This document shows, in pieces, positions 8,950 through 16,926 of a stretch of 64,000 bases of DNA. Each line of letters opens with the position of its first letter. The stretch's first letter is position 1. The position numbers were made by a program, and so were the translations under genes. Source of the stretch: an uncultured Acidobacteriota bacterium (GTDB taxonomy: Bacteria; Acidobacteriota; UBA6911); contig CAZHQK010000014.1 in NCBI GenBank assembly GCA_964534795.1, positions 13,444 to 77,443 on the forward strand, written 5' to 3'. The notes under the pieces are model-generated. The model was not told the origin of the DNA. It did no database searches and saw nothing but the letters and a program-made list of their open reading frames with translations.

Positions 8950-9490
8950 GCTGTCGCGCGAACCGTACCTGCCGCAGGGAAAGGTGGCGATCTACACCAC
9001 GACCTTCGAGAAGCACGGCTACAATCCGCTGCCGGTCTGGGTGGAGCCCCCCGAGAGCCTGACCGGCACTCCCGAGCTGAAAGAGAAGTATCCCCTGATC
9101 TTTTCGGATCACCACACCTCGAAGGTGTACAACGCCGGGTGGCTGCGGCATGTGCCGAACCTCAGGGAGGTCATGCCCCATCCCACGGTCCAGATTCATC
9201 CGGAGGCCGCCGCGGCGCGCGGCATCCGCGACGGCGACTGGGTCGTCGTGGAATCGCCCCATGCGCGCACGAAGTTTCAGGCCGAGATCACTCCCGGTAT
9301 CCGGCCGGACACCGTGATGGCGCTGCACGGCTGGCGGCAGGGGTGCGAGGAACTCGGCCTCCCCGGCTGTCCGCTTTCGGACGGCGGCGCCAACACCAAC
9401 GCGATGTACAGCGTCGATTTCGACAAAGCCTTCGATCCAGTGGTGACGGCGATGTCGAGTCAGACCCTGGTCCAGGTGCGCAAGGCATAG
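8950..9490 (+). pseudogene. Molybdopterin (DMSO reductase-family) oxidoreductase catalytic subunit, C-terminal about 180-aa remnant only
   Basis: Translation REPYLPQGKVAIYTTTFEKHGYNPLPVWVEPPES...VVVESPHARTKFQAEITPGIRPD is the C-terminal molybdopterin-dinucleotide-binding domain. The roughly 600 N-terminal residues are absent; sequence upstream of 8950 runs into the HDOD gene. Confidence 0.6.
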
Positions 9491-9506
9491 GCGGAGGAAA
9501 GCCGAA

Positions 9507-10079
9507 ATGGCTCAACTGGGCTTTTTCATCGGAACCGAACGATGCGTGCAGTGCCGTGCATGCGAAGTCGCCTGCAAGTCCTGGAACGGGATCGAACCCG
9601 GGGTGCGCTGGAGGCGCGTGCTCCAGGATTGGGGAGGCGCCTATCCGGAAGTCGCCGATCGCACGATCTCGGTTTCCTGCATGCACTGCGAAAAGCCGGC
9701 CTGCGCCGCGGCCTGCCCCGCCGGCGCCATCTCGAAGAGGGCCGAGGTCGGAGTCGTGACCGTCGATCGCAACAAGTGCATCGGCTGCCGTTCATGCTCG
9801 AAAGCGTGTCCTTACGGCGTCCCCCGATACGGAAAGAGCGGCAGGATGCAGAAGTGCGACCTGTGCCTGGAACGGCGCGCGCAGGGGAAGGAGCCGGCGT
9901 GCACGGCAACCTGCCCCGGGGAAGCGTCGAAGGCCGGGACCATCGAAGAGCTGGGGCGCATGGCGGCGCAGAGATCCGGCGCGAGACTCGCCGGCGACAC
10001 CCTCCCGGCTCTTTTCATTTCCGGCAAACCCGCCGGCGAATCCTGGCTGCCGGTGATCCAATCCCTGCCAAGCCGTTGA
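9507..10079 (+). CDS. 4Fe-4S ferredoxin-type iron-sulfur subunit (DmsB/NarH-like electron-transfer subunit)
   Basis: 190 aa. Four Cys clusters (CVQCRACEVAC, CMHCEKPACAAACP, CIGCRSCSKACP, CDLCLERR...CTATCP). Immediately downstream of the catalytic-subunit remnant. Confidence 0.8.
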   Translation: MAQLGFFIGTERCVQCRACEVACKSWNGIEPGVRWRRVLQDWGGAYPEVADRTISVSCMHCEKPACAAACPAGAISKRAEVGVVTVDRNKCIGCRSCSKACPYGVPRYGKSGRMQKCDLCLERRAQGKEPACTATCPGEASKAGTIEELGRMAAQRSGARLAGDTLPALFISGKPAGESWLPVIQSLPSR

Positions 10080-10197
10080 GGATTCGGGGAAAGGCATCGA
10101 GCCGGGGACCGATTGCCCGGCCTGCGGCGATTTTCGGTTGGCGCCCCGACGATCGGCTCGATGACTCCGGAGGCATTCGAATCCCCGAGCGTTGCCT

Positions 10198-10848
10198 CTA
10201 GAACAAGCGCTTGATGATTGAAAAAGCGGCGTCGATGTCTCTTTCGTCCAGGACCACGGTGAACTCATTGAGCGTGGATACGACCTCGATGACGTTCAGA
10301 CCTTCCCAAGCCAGGGCCTTGAGGATGTGGCTGTATACTCCCGGGACGGAAACGGTCCCGGCCGGCAGCATGACGGTGACCGAGGCCAGCTGGCCGATTT
10401 GACAAACATGTCTTTCGCCGCGGAAGGCGGCCAGGACCGGCTCCTCGATCTCGCGGCTGGCGATGATCGTCGTCTCATTGATACCCCGGGTGACCGTGAG
10501 AAAGAGGGAAGGTCGCGCGCTCAGACGTTCCAGCAGCCGACTCTGCTTGAGCACGAGCGTCGCAGAGTTGGCGTAGGTGACTTCGAACAGGCGCAGCCGG
10601 ACGATGAGGTCGGGCGCCCTGCGAAAAACGCCTGCGCGTTTTTTCGACCTGGCGGTGAGTGTCCGGGACAGGCGGCCGAGCGCGACGATCAGGGCCCCCA
10701 ATTGAACGCTTTTCATGGCTTCGCGCTCGACGTCTCTTCGGATGCGCCGCGCCAGCGCCGAATGGTTCACGATGCCCAGGCTCAGGGCGTCTTCCAGGTA
10801 CGGCGAACGGCGCACCAGCGCCGTGACGATCTCGGGAATCGTGCGCAT
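10198..10848 (-). CDS. Hypothetical protein with C-terminal ACT-like fold; possible small-molecule-sensing regulator, divergent from the lysW operon
   Basis: 216 aa. C-terminal PGVYSHILKALAWEGLNVIEVVSTLNEFTVVLDERDIDAAFSIIKRL resembles an ACT domain. The start shares the AT-rich intergenic region with lysW. Confidence 0.45.
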   Translation of the reverse strand: MRTIPEIVTALVRRSPYLEDALSLGIVNHSALARRIRRDVEREAMKSVQLGALIVALGRLSRTLTARSKKRAGVFRRAPDLIVRLRLFEVTYANSATLVLKQSRLLERLSARPSLFLTVTRGINETTIIASREIEEPVLAAFRGERHVCQIGQLASVTVMLPAGTVSVPGVYSHILKALAWEGLNVIEVVSTLNEFTVVLDERDIDAAFSIIKRLF

Positions 10849-10857
10849 GTTGAAAGT

Positions 10858-10885
10858 TTAACATTTTCTTGCAAATTTGTATAAT
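10858..10885 (+). promoter_or_regulatory. Sigma-70-like promoter candidate in an AT-rich island (TTAACA-16 bp-TATAAT) upstream of lysW
   Basis: -35 TTAACA at 10858-10863 and -10 TATAAT at 10880-10885, inside an about 60-bp AT-rich stretch that is exceptional for this GC-rich sequence. About 95 nt upstream of the lysW ATG. Confidence 0.45.
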
Positions 10886-10980
10886 ATTTTCAAAAATTTG
10901 ATCCGGCCGGCAAGCCCCTGCTAGGATCCTCGCGCCTGGTTGGACACCTTGGTCCTTTTCCCCATGGAGGTGCAGAGGCC

Positions 10981-11181
10981 ATGTCGACAGAACGCCGCCA
11001 ACGGACGCTCAGCGGGACCTGCCCGATTTGCTCGGCTGCAGTCGCGCCGGCGGGGCCCGTCGAAGATACCGAGATTCTCGCCTGTCCCGAATGCCAATCG
11101 CTGCTGGTGGTCGGCGGTCGCGCGGAGGGCGGACTGGTCCTGAGAGAAGCGCCCAGAGTCGAAGAGGACTGGGGCGAATAG
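10981..11181 (+). CDS. lysW: LysW/ArgW amino-group carrier protein (AmCP)
   Basis: 66 aa. Zinc-finger pairs TCPIC ... CPEC. C-terminal EDWGE motif diagnostic of LysW carrier proteins. GGAGG RBS upstream. Confidence 0.85.
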   Translation: MSTERRQRTLSGTCPICSAAVAPAGPVEDTEILACPECQSLLVVGGRAEGGLVLREAPRVEEDWGE

Positions 11182-11210
11182 AAGCAGGCCCGAAGGCAGG
11201 AGGGCCTTCG

Positions 11211-12065
11211 ATGTACACGCTGGCCATATTCCACTCCACCGTGCGCGAGGAAGAAAAGCGCCTTATGGCTGCGGCGGGATCGCGCGCCATTCGTGTCAGG
11301 CTGATCGACATCCGGGAGCAGGTCTTCGACCCCGCGACCTATCAGGTCGATTTCGACGCCGCGCTGCAACGGTCGGTTTCGACGGTGAAGGGGAACTACG
11401 CCATTGCTTTCCTCGAAGCCCGGGGCATACCCGCGATCAATCCGCTCTGCGTAGCCCGGAACTGCGAGGACAAGTTCCAGACCTCTCTGCTTCTTTTCCG
11501 CGCGGGAATTCCCGTCCCACGCTTCGCTCTCGTCTTTTCCCCGCAACAGGCACTCCATGCCGTGGAAGCCCTGGGCGGTTTCCCCGTCGTGCTCAAGCCG
11601 CCGCTGGGTTCCTGGGGGCGCCTCCTGGCCAAGATCAATGACCCGGATGCCCTGGATGCGCTTTTCGAGCATAAGGAGGTGCTGGGAGCGCCCGCGCAAA
11701 AAGCTTTCTATCTTCAGGAATTCGTGCACAAACCGGGGCGCGACATCCGCGCCTTCGTCATCGATGGCGAGACCGTGTGCGCCATTTACCGGGAATCTCC
11801 TCACTGGATCACGAACACCGCTCGTGGAGGCAAGGCCCGCAACTGCCCTGTGAGCGACGAGCTTCGCGACCTGTGCCGCCGCGTTGCCGAAGCCATCGGC
11901 GGTGGGTTGCTGGCCGTGGATCTGTTCGAGACCGCCGCGGGTCTTCAGGTCAATGAAGTCAACCATACCATGGAATTCCGCAACTCCGAAGGTCCGACGG
12001 GAGTCGATATTGCCGCCGCCGTGATCGATTACTGCATCCGCATAATGAAAGGGCAGCGGCCATGA
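11211..12065 (+). CDS. lysX: LysX, RimK-type ATP-grasp ligase (attaches substrate amino group to the LysW C-terminal Glu)
   Basis: 284 aa ATP-grasp fold (VVLKPPLGSWGR, ...AVDLFE...). The stop overlaps the next start (ATGA). Confidence 0.8.
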   Translation: MYTLAIFHSTVREEEKRLMAAAGSRAIRVRLIDIREQVFDPATYQVDFDAALQRSVSTVKGNYAIAFLEARGIPAINPLCVARNCEDKFQTSLLLFRAGIPVPRFALVFSPQQALHAVEALGGFPVVLKPPLGSWGRLLAKINDPDALDALFEHKEVLGAPAQKAFYLQEFVHKPGRDIRAFVIDGETVCAIYRESPHWITNTARGGKARNCPVSDELRDLCRRVAEAIGGGLLAVDLFETAAGLQVNEVNHTMEFRNSEGPTGVDIAAAVIDYCIRIMKGQRP

Positions 12066-13120
12066 ATGACTCCAGGCTGCGCGTCTCACTCATCGGAGGG
12101 TCCGGCTACGCCGGGGGAGAATTGCTCCGTATTCTGCTGTGGCACCCGAAGGTCCGCGTTCAGCAAGTGACCAGCGACCGTTGTGCGGGCCAGCCCGTGA
12201 CTCTGGTGCATCCCAATCTTCGCGGACACACGGCCATCGCGTTCGTCGGCACCGATGAGGTCGATGAATGCGACCTGATTTTTCTCGCCCTCCCGAACGG
12301 AGAATCCATGCGCACCATGGAAAAGTGGATGGCGAAGGCCGACCGTATCATCGATCTGGGTGCCGACTTCCGGCTGCGGAGCGCGGACGCCTGGTCGGCC
12401 TGGTACGGGATTCCGCACGAGGCGCCCCATCTGATCTCCCGGTTCACTTGCGGCATCCCGGAAATATACGCCGATGAAATCCGCAAGTCCCGCTATGTCG
12501 CCGGCCCGGGGTGCGAGGCGATTGTCTCCATCCTCTGCCTTTTTCCCCTTGTAAAGCACGGACTGCTCAAGCCCCATCCCATCGTGATTGACGCCAAAAT
12601 GGGCAGTTCCCAGGCCGGCCGCACCGTCACCGACGCCTCGCACCATCCGGAAAGAGCCGGTGCCGTCCGCTCCTACAAGCCCAGCGGGCACCGCCATGCT
12701 GCGGAAATCGAACAGGTCCTTCAGGACTTCGGCGCCGCGGTCTCAACCCTGATCTCGGCCACGGCCATCGAAATGGTGCGCGGCATCCTCGTGACCATTC
12801 ACGCCTTCTGCGACGACCCGCGCCTTACCGAGCAGCGGATCTGGCAGACGTTCCGCGTCGAGTACACGGGGAAACCGTTCGTGCGGATGGTGAAGCAAAG
12901 CCGGGGGCTTTATCGTTATCCTGAGCCGAAAATCCTCAAGGGCACGAACTACTGCGACATCGGTTTCGAGAAGGAGCGGCGCTCCGACCGGCTGGTCGTC
13001 ATCGGCGCCATCGACAACCTCGTCAAGGGCAGCGCAGGCAACGCAGTCCAATGCATGAATCTCATGTGCGGGTTCCCCGAAACCATGGGACTCGAGTTCC
13101 CAGGCCTTCATCCGGTGTGA
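12062..13120 (+). CDS. lysY: LysY/ArgC-type NAGPR-family semialdehyde dehydrogenase (reduces the LysW-bound acyl-phosphate)
   Basis: 352 aa. N-terminal Rossmann LIGGSGYAGGELLRIL. Catalytic Cys motif AGPGCEAI. Confidence 0.8.
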   Translation: MNDSRLRVSLIGGSGYAGGELLRILLWHPKVRVQQVTSDRCAGQPVTLVHPNLRGHTAIAFVGTDEVDECDLIFLALPNGESMRTMEKWMAKADRIIDLGADFRLRSADAWSAWYGIPHEAPHLISRFTCGIPEIYADEIRKSRYVAGPGCEAIVSILCLFPLVKHGLLKPHPIVIDAKMGSSQAGRTVTDASHHPERAGAVRSYKPSGHRHAAEIEQVLQDFGAAVSTLISATAIEMVRGILVTIHAFCDDPRLTEQRIWQTFRVEYTGKPFVRMVKQSRGLYRYPEPKILKGTNYCDIGFEKERRSDRLVVIGAIDNLVKGSAGNAVQCMNLMCGFPETMGLEFPGLHPV

Positions 13121-13122
13121 AT

Positions 13123-14175
13123 ATGAATATGGAGAGCACGGCTCTGATCCACTTCAAGGGTGTGATCGACACGACGCTGCGCGAAGGTCTCCAGTTCGCG
13201 CGGGCGGCCTTTGCAGCGGCACAGCATCGAAGGATTTTCGACTACCTGCAGCAAATCGGCGTCGATTACATCGAAGTGGGTAACCCCGTCCAAGACAATA
13301 TCGGACAGATCGTTTCCGGTTTGGCCCGAAGCCGGGGCCCCCATGGAGCAAAAATCCTCTGCCACGTGCGCAATCATCCGCGCGACATTGCCAGGGCCAT
13401 CGACTGCGGTGCCGACGGCGTCAACATCCTCTGCACCGTGGATCTCGAGCGGCTGGACCGCATGGGACTGACGCTTGCGGATTACCAAGACAGGGTCTGC
13501 CGGGGCGTCAACCAGGCAAGGGAGCACGGCCTTGAAGTCCGAGTTGGAGTCGAGGACTTCTTCGGCCAGGATTCGGAGACGGCGCTGGATATTTACGCCA
13601 CCGCCGTCGCATGCGGGGCAGAGCGGATCGCCGTGGCCGATACGCTTGGAAAAACCATGCCTTGGGAGGTTATGCGCCGGATCCGGCGCCTCCGGAACCG
13701 CTTCCCCGTGGACATCGAAGTCCATTTCCACAACGATCTGGGACATGCGGTGAGCAACGCCATTGCCGCTCTTCGAGCCGGGGCCAACTGGGTCAGTACT
13801 TCGCTCCTCGGCATCGGCGAGCGCACCGGAATCACGCCGCTCAGCTCGTTTCTTGCCAACCTGCATGTCCTGGATGAGCGGGCTGCGCGCCGCTACCGGT
13901 TGAGCCGGCTGACGGAAGCCGAGAATTACGTCGCCTGCGTTTGCGGGATCGACATGCCGCTCCATCTCATGACCAATCCCGCCAGCGGCTTCGCCCACAA
14001 AGCCGGCATCCACCTCGACGCGCTGATCAAATTCGGACCGCACAAGTACGAATGCCTCCCTCCCGAAGTCATCGGCAACAAGCGCCGCCTGGTGATCTCC
14101 ACGATCGTTTCGGGCAAGACCACGGAGGAGGATGTGGCGGCTTTCGAGGAACGTTTCGGTCGAGGCTGGGCATGA
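13123..14175 (+). CDS. Homocitrate synthase-like HMGL-family enzyme (short HCS type without an IPMS regulatory domain), with atypical R-E-G-L-Q in place of R-E-G-E-Q
   Basis: 350 aa. DTTLREGLQ, HFHNDLGHA, GIGERTGITPLSSFLANLH, FAHKAGIHLDAL and LPPEVIGNKRRL closely parallel Thermus-type homocitrate synthase blocks. Embedded between lysY and lysZ with a 2-nt gap and an ATGA overlap. Confidence 0.75.
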   Translation: MNMESTALIHFKGVIDTTLREGLQFARAAFAAAQHRRIFDYLQQIGVDYIEVGNPVQDNIGQIVSGLARSRGPHGAKILCHVRNHPRDIARAIDCGADGVNILCTVDLERLDRMGLTLADYQDRVCRGVNQAREHGLEVRVGVEDFFGQDSETALDIYATAVACGAERIAVADTLGKTMPWEVMRRIRRLRNRFPVDIEVHFHNDLGHAVSNAIAALRAGANWVSTSLLGIGERTGITPLSSFLANLHVLDERAARRYRLSRLTEAENYVACVCGIDMPLHLMTNPASGFAHKAGIHLDALIKFGPHKYECLPPEVIGNKRRLVISTIVSGKTTEEDVAAFEERFGRGWA

Positions 14176-14972
14176 TCCTGATCAAGGCAGGCGGCGGGCG
14201 GAATCTCAACTGGAACGGTATTGCCGCGGATATCGCCGACCTCCGGCGAAGCGTCCCGGTCATCCTGGTACACGGCGCCAACGCCATACGGAGCGACATT
14301 GCCCTGCGCCTTGGCGTTCCCGTTCGAACGGTGGTTTCGCCCTCGGGTGTGACCAGCGTTTACACCGACCCGGAGGGGCTGGAGGTGTTCCTCATGGCCT
14401 ACGCTGGCGTTGCCAACAAACGCATTGTAGCCTGCCTGCAGCGCTGGGGCGTCAATGCGGTCGGCCTGTGCGGGGTCGATGGCCGGCTCTGGCAGGCGAA
14501 GGCCAAAAAGGATCTGTTGGTGGTGGAGAACGGCAAGACCAAGCTCCTGCGGGACAATCTCACCGGCAGGGTCGAAAACGTCAATGCCGACCTTGTGCGT
14601 CTTCTCCTGGATCACGGCTATGTGCCTGTTCTATGCGCACCAGCCATCAGCGACGAGCATGAAATCGTCAACACCGATAACGACGGAGCCGCCGCCATCG
14701 TAGCGGCGGCCATGGGGGTCAGGTTCATGATCTACCTGTTCGAGGCTCCCGGTTTTCTCGAAGACCCGGAGCGACCCGACAGCCTGGTTCCCAGGATACC
14801 GCGCAGCGCAATCCAAGAGTACCTGCCCTTGGCCCGAGGCCGGATGCGGAGGAAGCTGCTGGGTGCGCAGCGAGCCCTCGAGCACGGGGTGATGGAAATC
14901 AGATTCGGAGACGGACGTGTAGAGCGACCGGTCCTGGATGCGCTTGCCGGCAAAGGAACGGTCATCCAATGA
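14172..14972 (+). CDS. lysZ: LysZ/ArgB-type amino-acid kinase (phosphorylates the LysW-bound substrate)
   Basis: 266 aa amino-acid-kinase fold (ILIKAGGG, VLVHGAN, NTDNDGAAAIVAAAMG). ATGA overlaps on both sides. Confidence 0.8.
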   Translation: MILIKAGGGRNLNWNGIAADIADLRRSVPVILVHGANAIRSDIALRLGVPVRTVVSPSGVTSVYTDPEGLEVFLMAYAGVANKRIVACLQRWGVNAVGLCGVDGRLWQAKAKKDLLVVENGKTKLLRDNLTGRVENVNADLVRLLLDHGYVPVLCAPAISDEHEIVNTDNDGAAAIVAAAMGVRFMIYLFEAPGFLEDPERPDSLVPRIPRSAIQEYLPLARGRMRRKLLGAQRALEHGVMEIRFGDGRVERPVLDALAGKGTVIQ

Positions 14973-16165
14973 CGGACACACTGCTTCTTCAACGGGAGTA
15001 CACGGTGCCGACCTACACCGACCGCAAGCTGGCCTTGGTCCTGGGTGACGGCGTCTATTTACAGGATGAGTCCGGTTCTCGTTACTTGGACTTCATGTCG
15101 AACTACGGCATCGCAATCTTTGGGTACCGCCACCCCGACATCACACGGCGACTGACGGAGCAACTGGAGCGCCTGCCGAATCTTCACGGAAGTTTTGCCA
15201 ATGATGTGCGGGCGGAAGCCGCCCGGCGGCTTGTCGCTCGCTGCGGCGGCGGCCTCGCCCGGGTCTGTTTTACCAATTCCGGCGCGGAAGCCAACGAGGC
15301 AGCCCTGAAATTTGCGGTACTGGCCACAGGCAAGAAGAGATTCATCGCCTGCCGCGGCGGCTATCACGGCAAGACCCTGGGCGCGCTTTCGGCAACCGAC
15401 AGTGCGAAATACCGGCAGACGTTGGAACCCCTGATCTGGGACTTTCGATTCATACCATATGGCGAGCCGGAAGCCTTGGAACGTGCGATCGACAACGACA
15501 CGGCGGCCTTCATCGTCGAGCCCATTCAGGGTGAAAGCGGGGTCCGGATCCCTGCGGAGGGATATCTCGGCCATGCGGCCCGGATCTGCCGTTCTCGAGG
15601 TGCTCTGATGATCGTCGATGAAATCCAGACCGGGACCGGCCGGACAGGCCGCTTTCTGGCCTCCCACGCCGAAGGTCTGACATACGACATCGTCACTCTG
15701 GGAAAAGGTCTCGCGGGAGGAATTCCAGTGGGCGCCACGCTCGTTTCGGCCGCAGTCGCCAGGGGGGTTGCAAGAGGAGCGCACACCTCGACGTTTGGAG
15801 GCAATCCCCTTGCAGCCGCCGGTATCCTGGCGGTCTTGGAACTCATGGACCAGGAGCGCCTTGGCCATATTTCGGCGATAGGAAAGAGGTTCCTTGAAGG
15901 TCTCAGGGGGCTTCCCGGCCCGAACATCGTCGAAGCCCGGGGGAGAGGACTCATGATCGGCCTGGAACTCAGGCGGTCACGCGATGAGGTTCTCGAGCGT
16001 CTTCAGAGGGAAGGCGTTCTGGCGGCGCCGGCCGGAGAGAACGTCGTGCGCTTCCTTCCTCCTTATATCGTCGAAATGACTCACGTCGACATCGTTCTGG
16101 GGAGGCTCGAACGTATTCTGGCTTCATTGGCTGTGGAGAGCGATCGACAATGTGCCGCTTTCTGA
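14969..16165 (+). CDS. lysJ: LysJ/ArgD-type class III PLP aminotransferase
   Basis: 398 aa. DEIQTGTGRTG and TLGKGLAGG (PLP lysine) motifs. Confidence 0.8.
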   Translation: MTDTLLLQREYTVPTYTDRKLALVLGDGVYLQDESGSRYLDFMSNYGIAIFGYRHPDITRRLTEQLERLPNLHGSFANDVRAEAARRLVARCGGGLARVCFTNSGAEANEAALKFAVLATGKKRFIACRGGYHGKTLGALSATDSAKYRQTLEPLIWDFRFIPYGEPEALERAIDNDTAAFIVEPIQGESGVRIPAEGYLGHAARICRSRGALMIVDEIQTGTGRTGRFLASHAEGLTYDIVTLGKGLAGGIPVGATLVSAAVARGVARGAHTSTFGGNPLAAAGILAVLELMDQERLGHISAIGKRFLEGLRGLPGPNIVEARGRGLMIGLELRRSRDEVLERLQREGVLAAPAGENVVRFLPPYIVEMTHVDIVLGRLERILASLAVESDRQCAAF

Positions 16166-16815
16166 TGCTCCAGGCCGCTTCTCCCTTCCATGTCGCGGGC
16201 GTCCTGACGAGCTTTGCGGACATGGTTGCGCGCAGCCGCGCTCCGGACGGCCATTGGCAGGGGGACGGCTGGGGCGTCGGCTGGCTGGATAGCTCCCGGG
16301 AATGGCGCGTCCGCAAATCGCTGAGCCCTATCTGGGAAGATGCCCCCGTGTTTTCCGAAATTCCCGCGACTACAGCTCTGGTCGCCCACGCGCGCAGCGC
16401 CTCGTTCCCGGAGCAGAAGAATATTCTGGCCTACAACCAGCCATTCGCCGCAGGCCCCTATGCGTTCGTCTTCAACGGGTTCCTCCGGGGAGTATCGCTC
16501 CCCTTTCCCGTGGAGGGGAAAATCGGATCACAGAAGATCTGGTTCCTGCTGGCCGACCTCTTGAGCGTGAGGTCTCCTGAAGAAAGCCTCCGTGAGCTCG
16601 TCCATCTCCTGGAATCTCATTCCCGGCGGGTCCTGGCTCTGAACATCGGCCTTTTCGTTGCAAACCGCATCTTCGCGCTCTGCAGTCATGACGGCACCGA
16701 TGATTACTACCGGCTTCGGGTTCACAGGTCAGCTACGCTCACCATGGTCAGCTCGGAGGAGTTCGGGGACTTTGCCTTCGATCCTGCCCCTATGAATGCC
16801 GTCCTTGCATTCTGA
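16150..16815 (+). CDS. EgtC-like class II (Ntn, Cys2) glutamine-amidotransferase-fold amidohydrolase; candidate LysW-gamma-glutamyl release enzyme
   Basis: 221 aa beginning MCRFL (nucleophilic Cys2). GDGWGVGW, FVFNGFL and ALNIGLFVANRIF parallel EgtC blocks. The last gene of the lysW operon, overlapping lysJ by 16 nt. No M20 LysK/ArgE homologue is present. Confidence 0.7.
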   Translation: MCRFLMLQAASPFHVAGVLTSFADMVARSRAPDGHWQGDGWGVGWLDSSREWRVRKSLSPIWEDAPVFSEIPATTALVAHARSASFPEQKNILAYNQPFAAGPYAFVFNGFLRGVSLPFPVEGKIGSQKIWFLLADLLSVRSPEESLRELVHLLESHSRRVLALNIGLFVANRIFALCSHDGTDDYYRLRVHRSATLTMVSSEEFGDFAFDPAPMNAVLAF

Positions 16816-16926
16816 TCCCAAGGCGGCTCCTTCAAGAACATTCTGCAGCGAAGTGCGATCGGGAGAAGATGTCATGGCCTGCAGATCTCGATGCCGGCGA
16901 CATGCCCTGCATCAGAGCGGTTCGCG

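Noticed and set aside
8859-8950. Possible missing N-terminal exon or frameshifted upstream part of the molybdopterin oxidoreductase
   Set aside because: Upstream sequence in all three forward frames runs into the HDOD gene on the opposite strand within about 100 bp. There is no room for the roughly 600 missing codons, so a simple frameshift cannot restore the gene.
10886-10980. Lysine riboswitch (L-box) in the lysW leader
   Set aside because: The leader is only about 95 nt and lacks the multi-helix L-box architecture.
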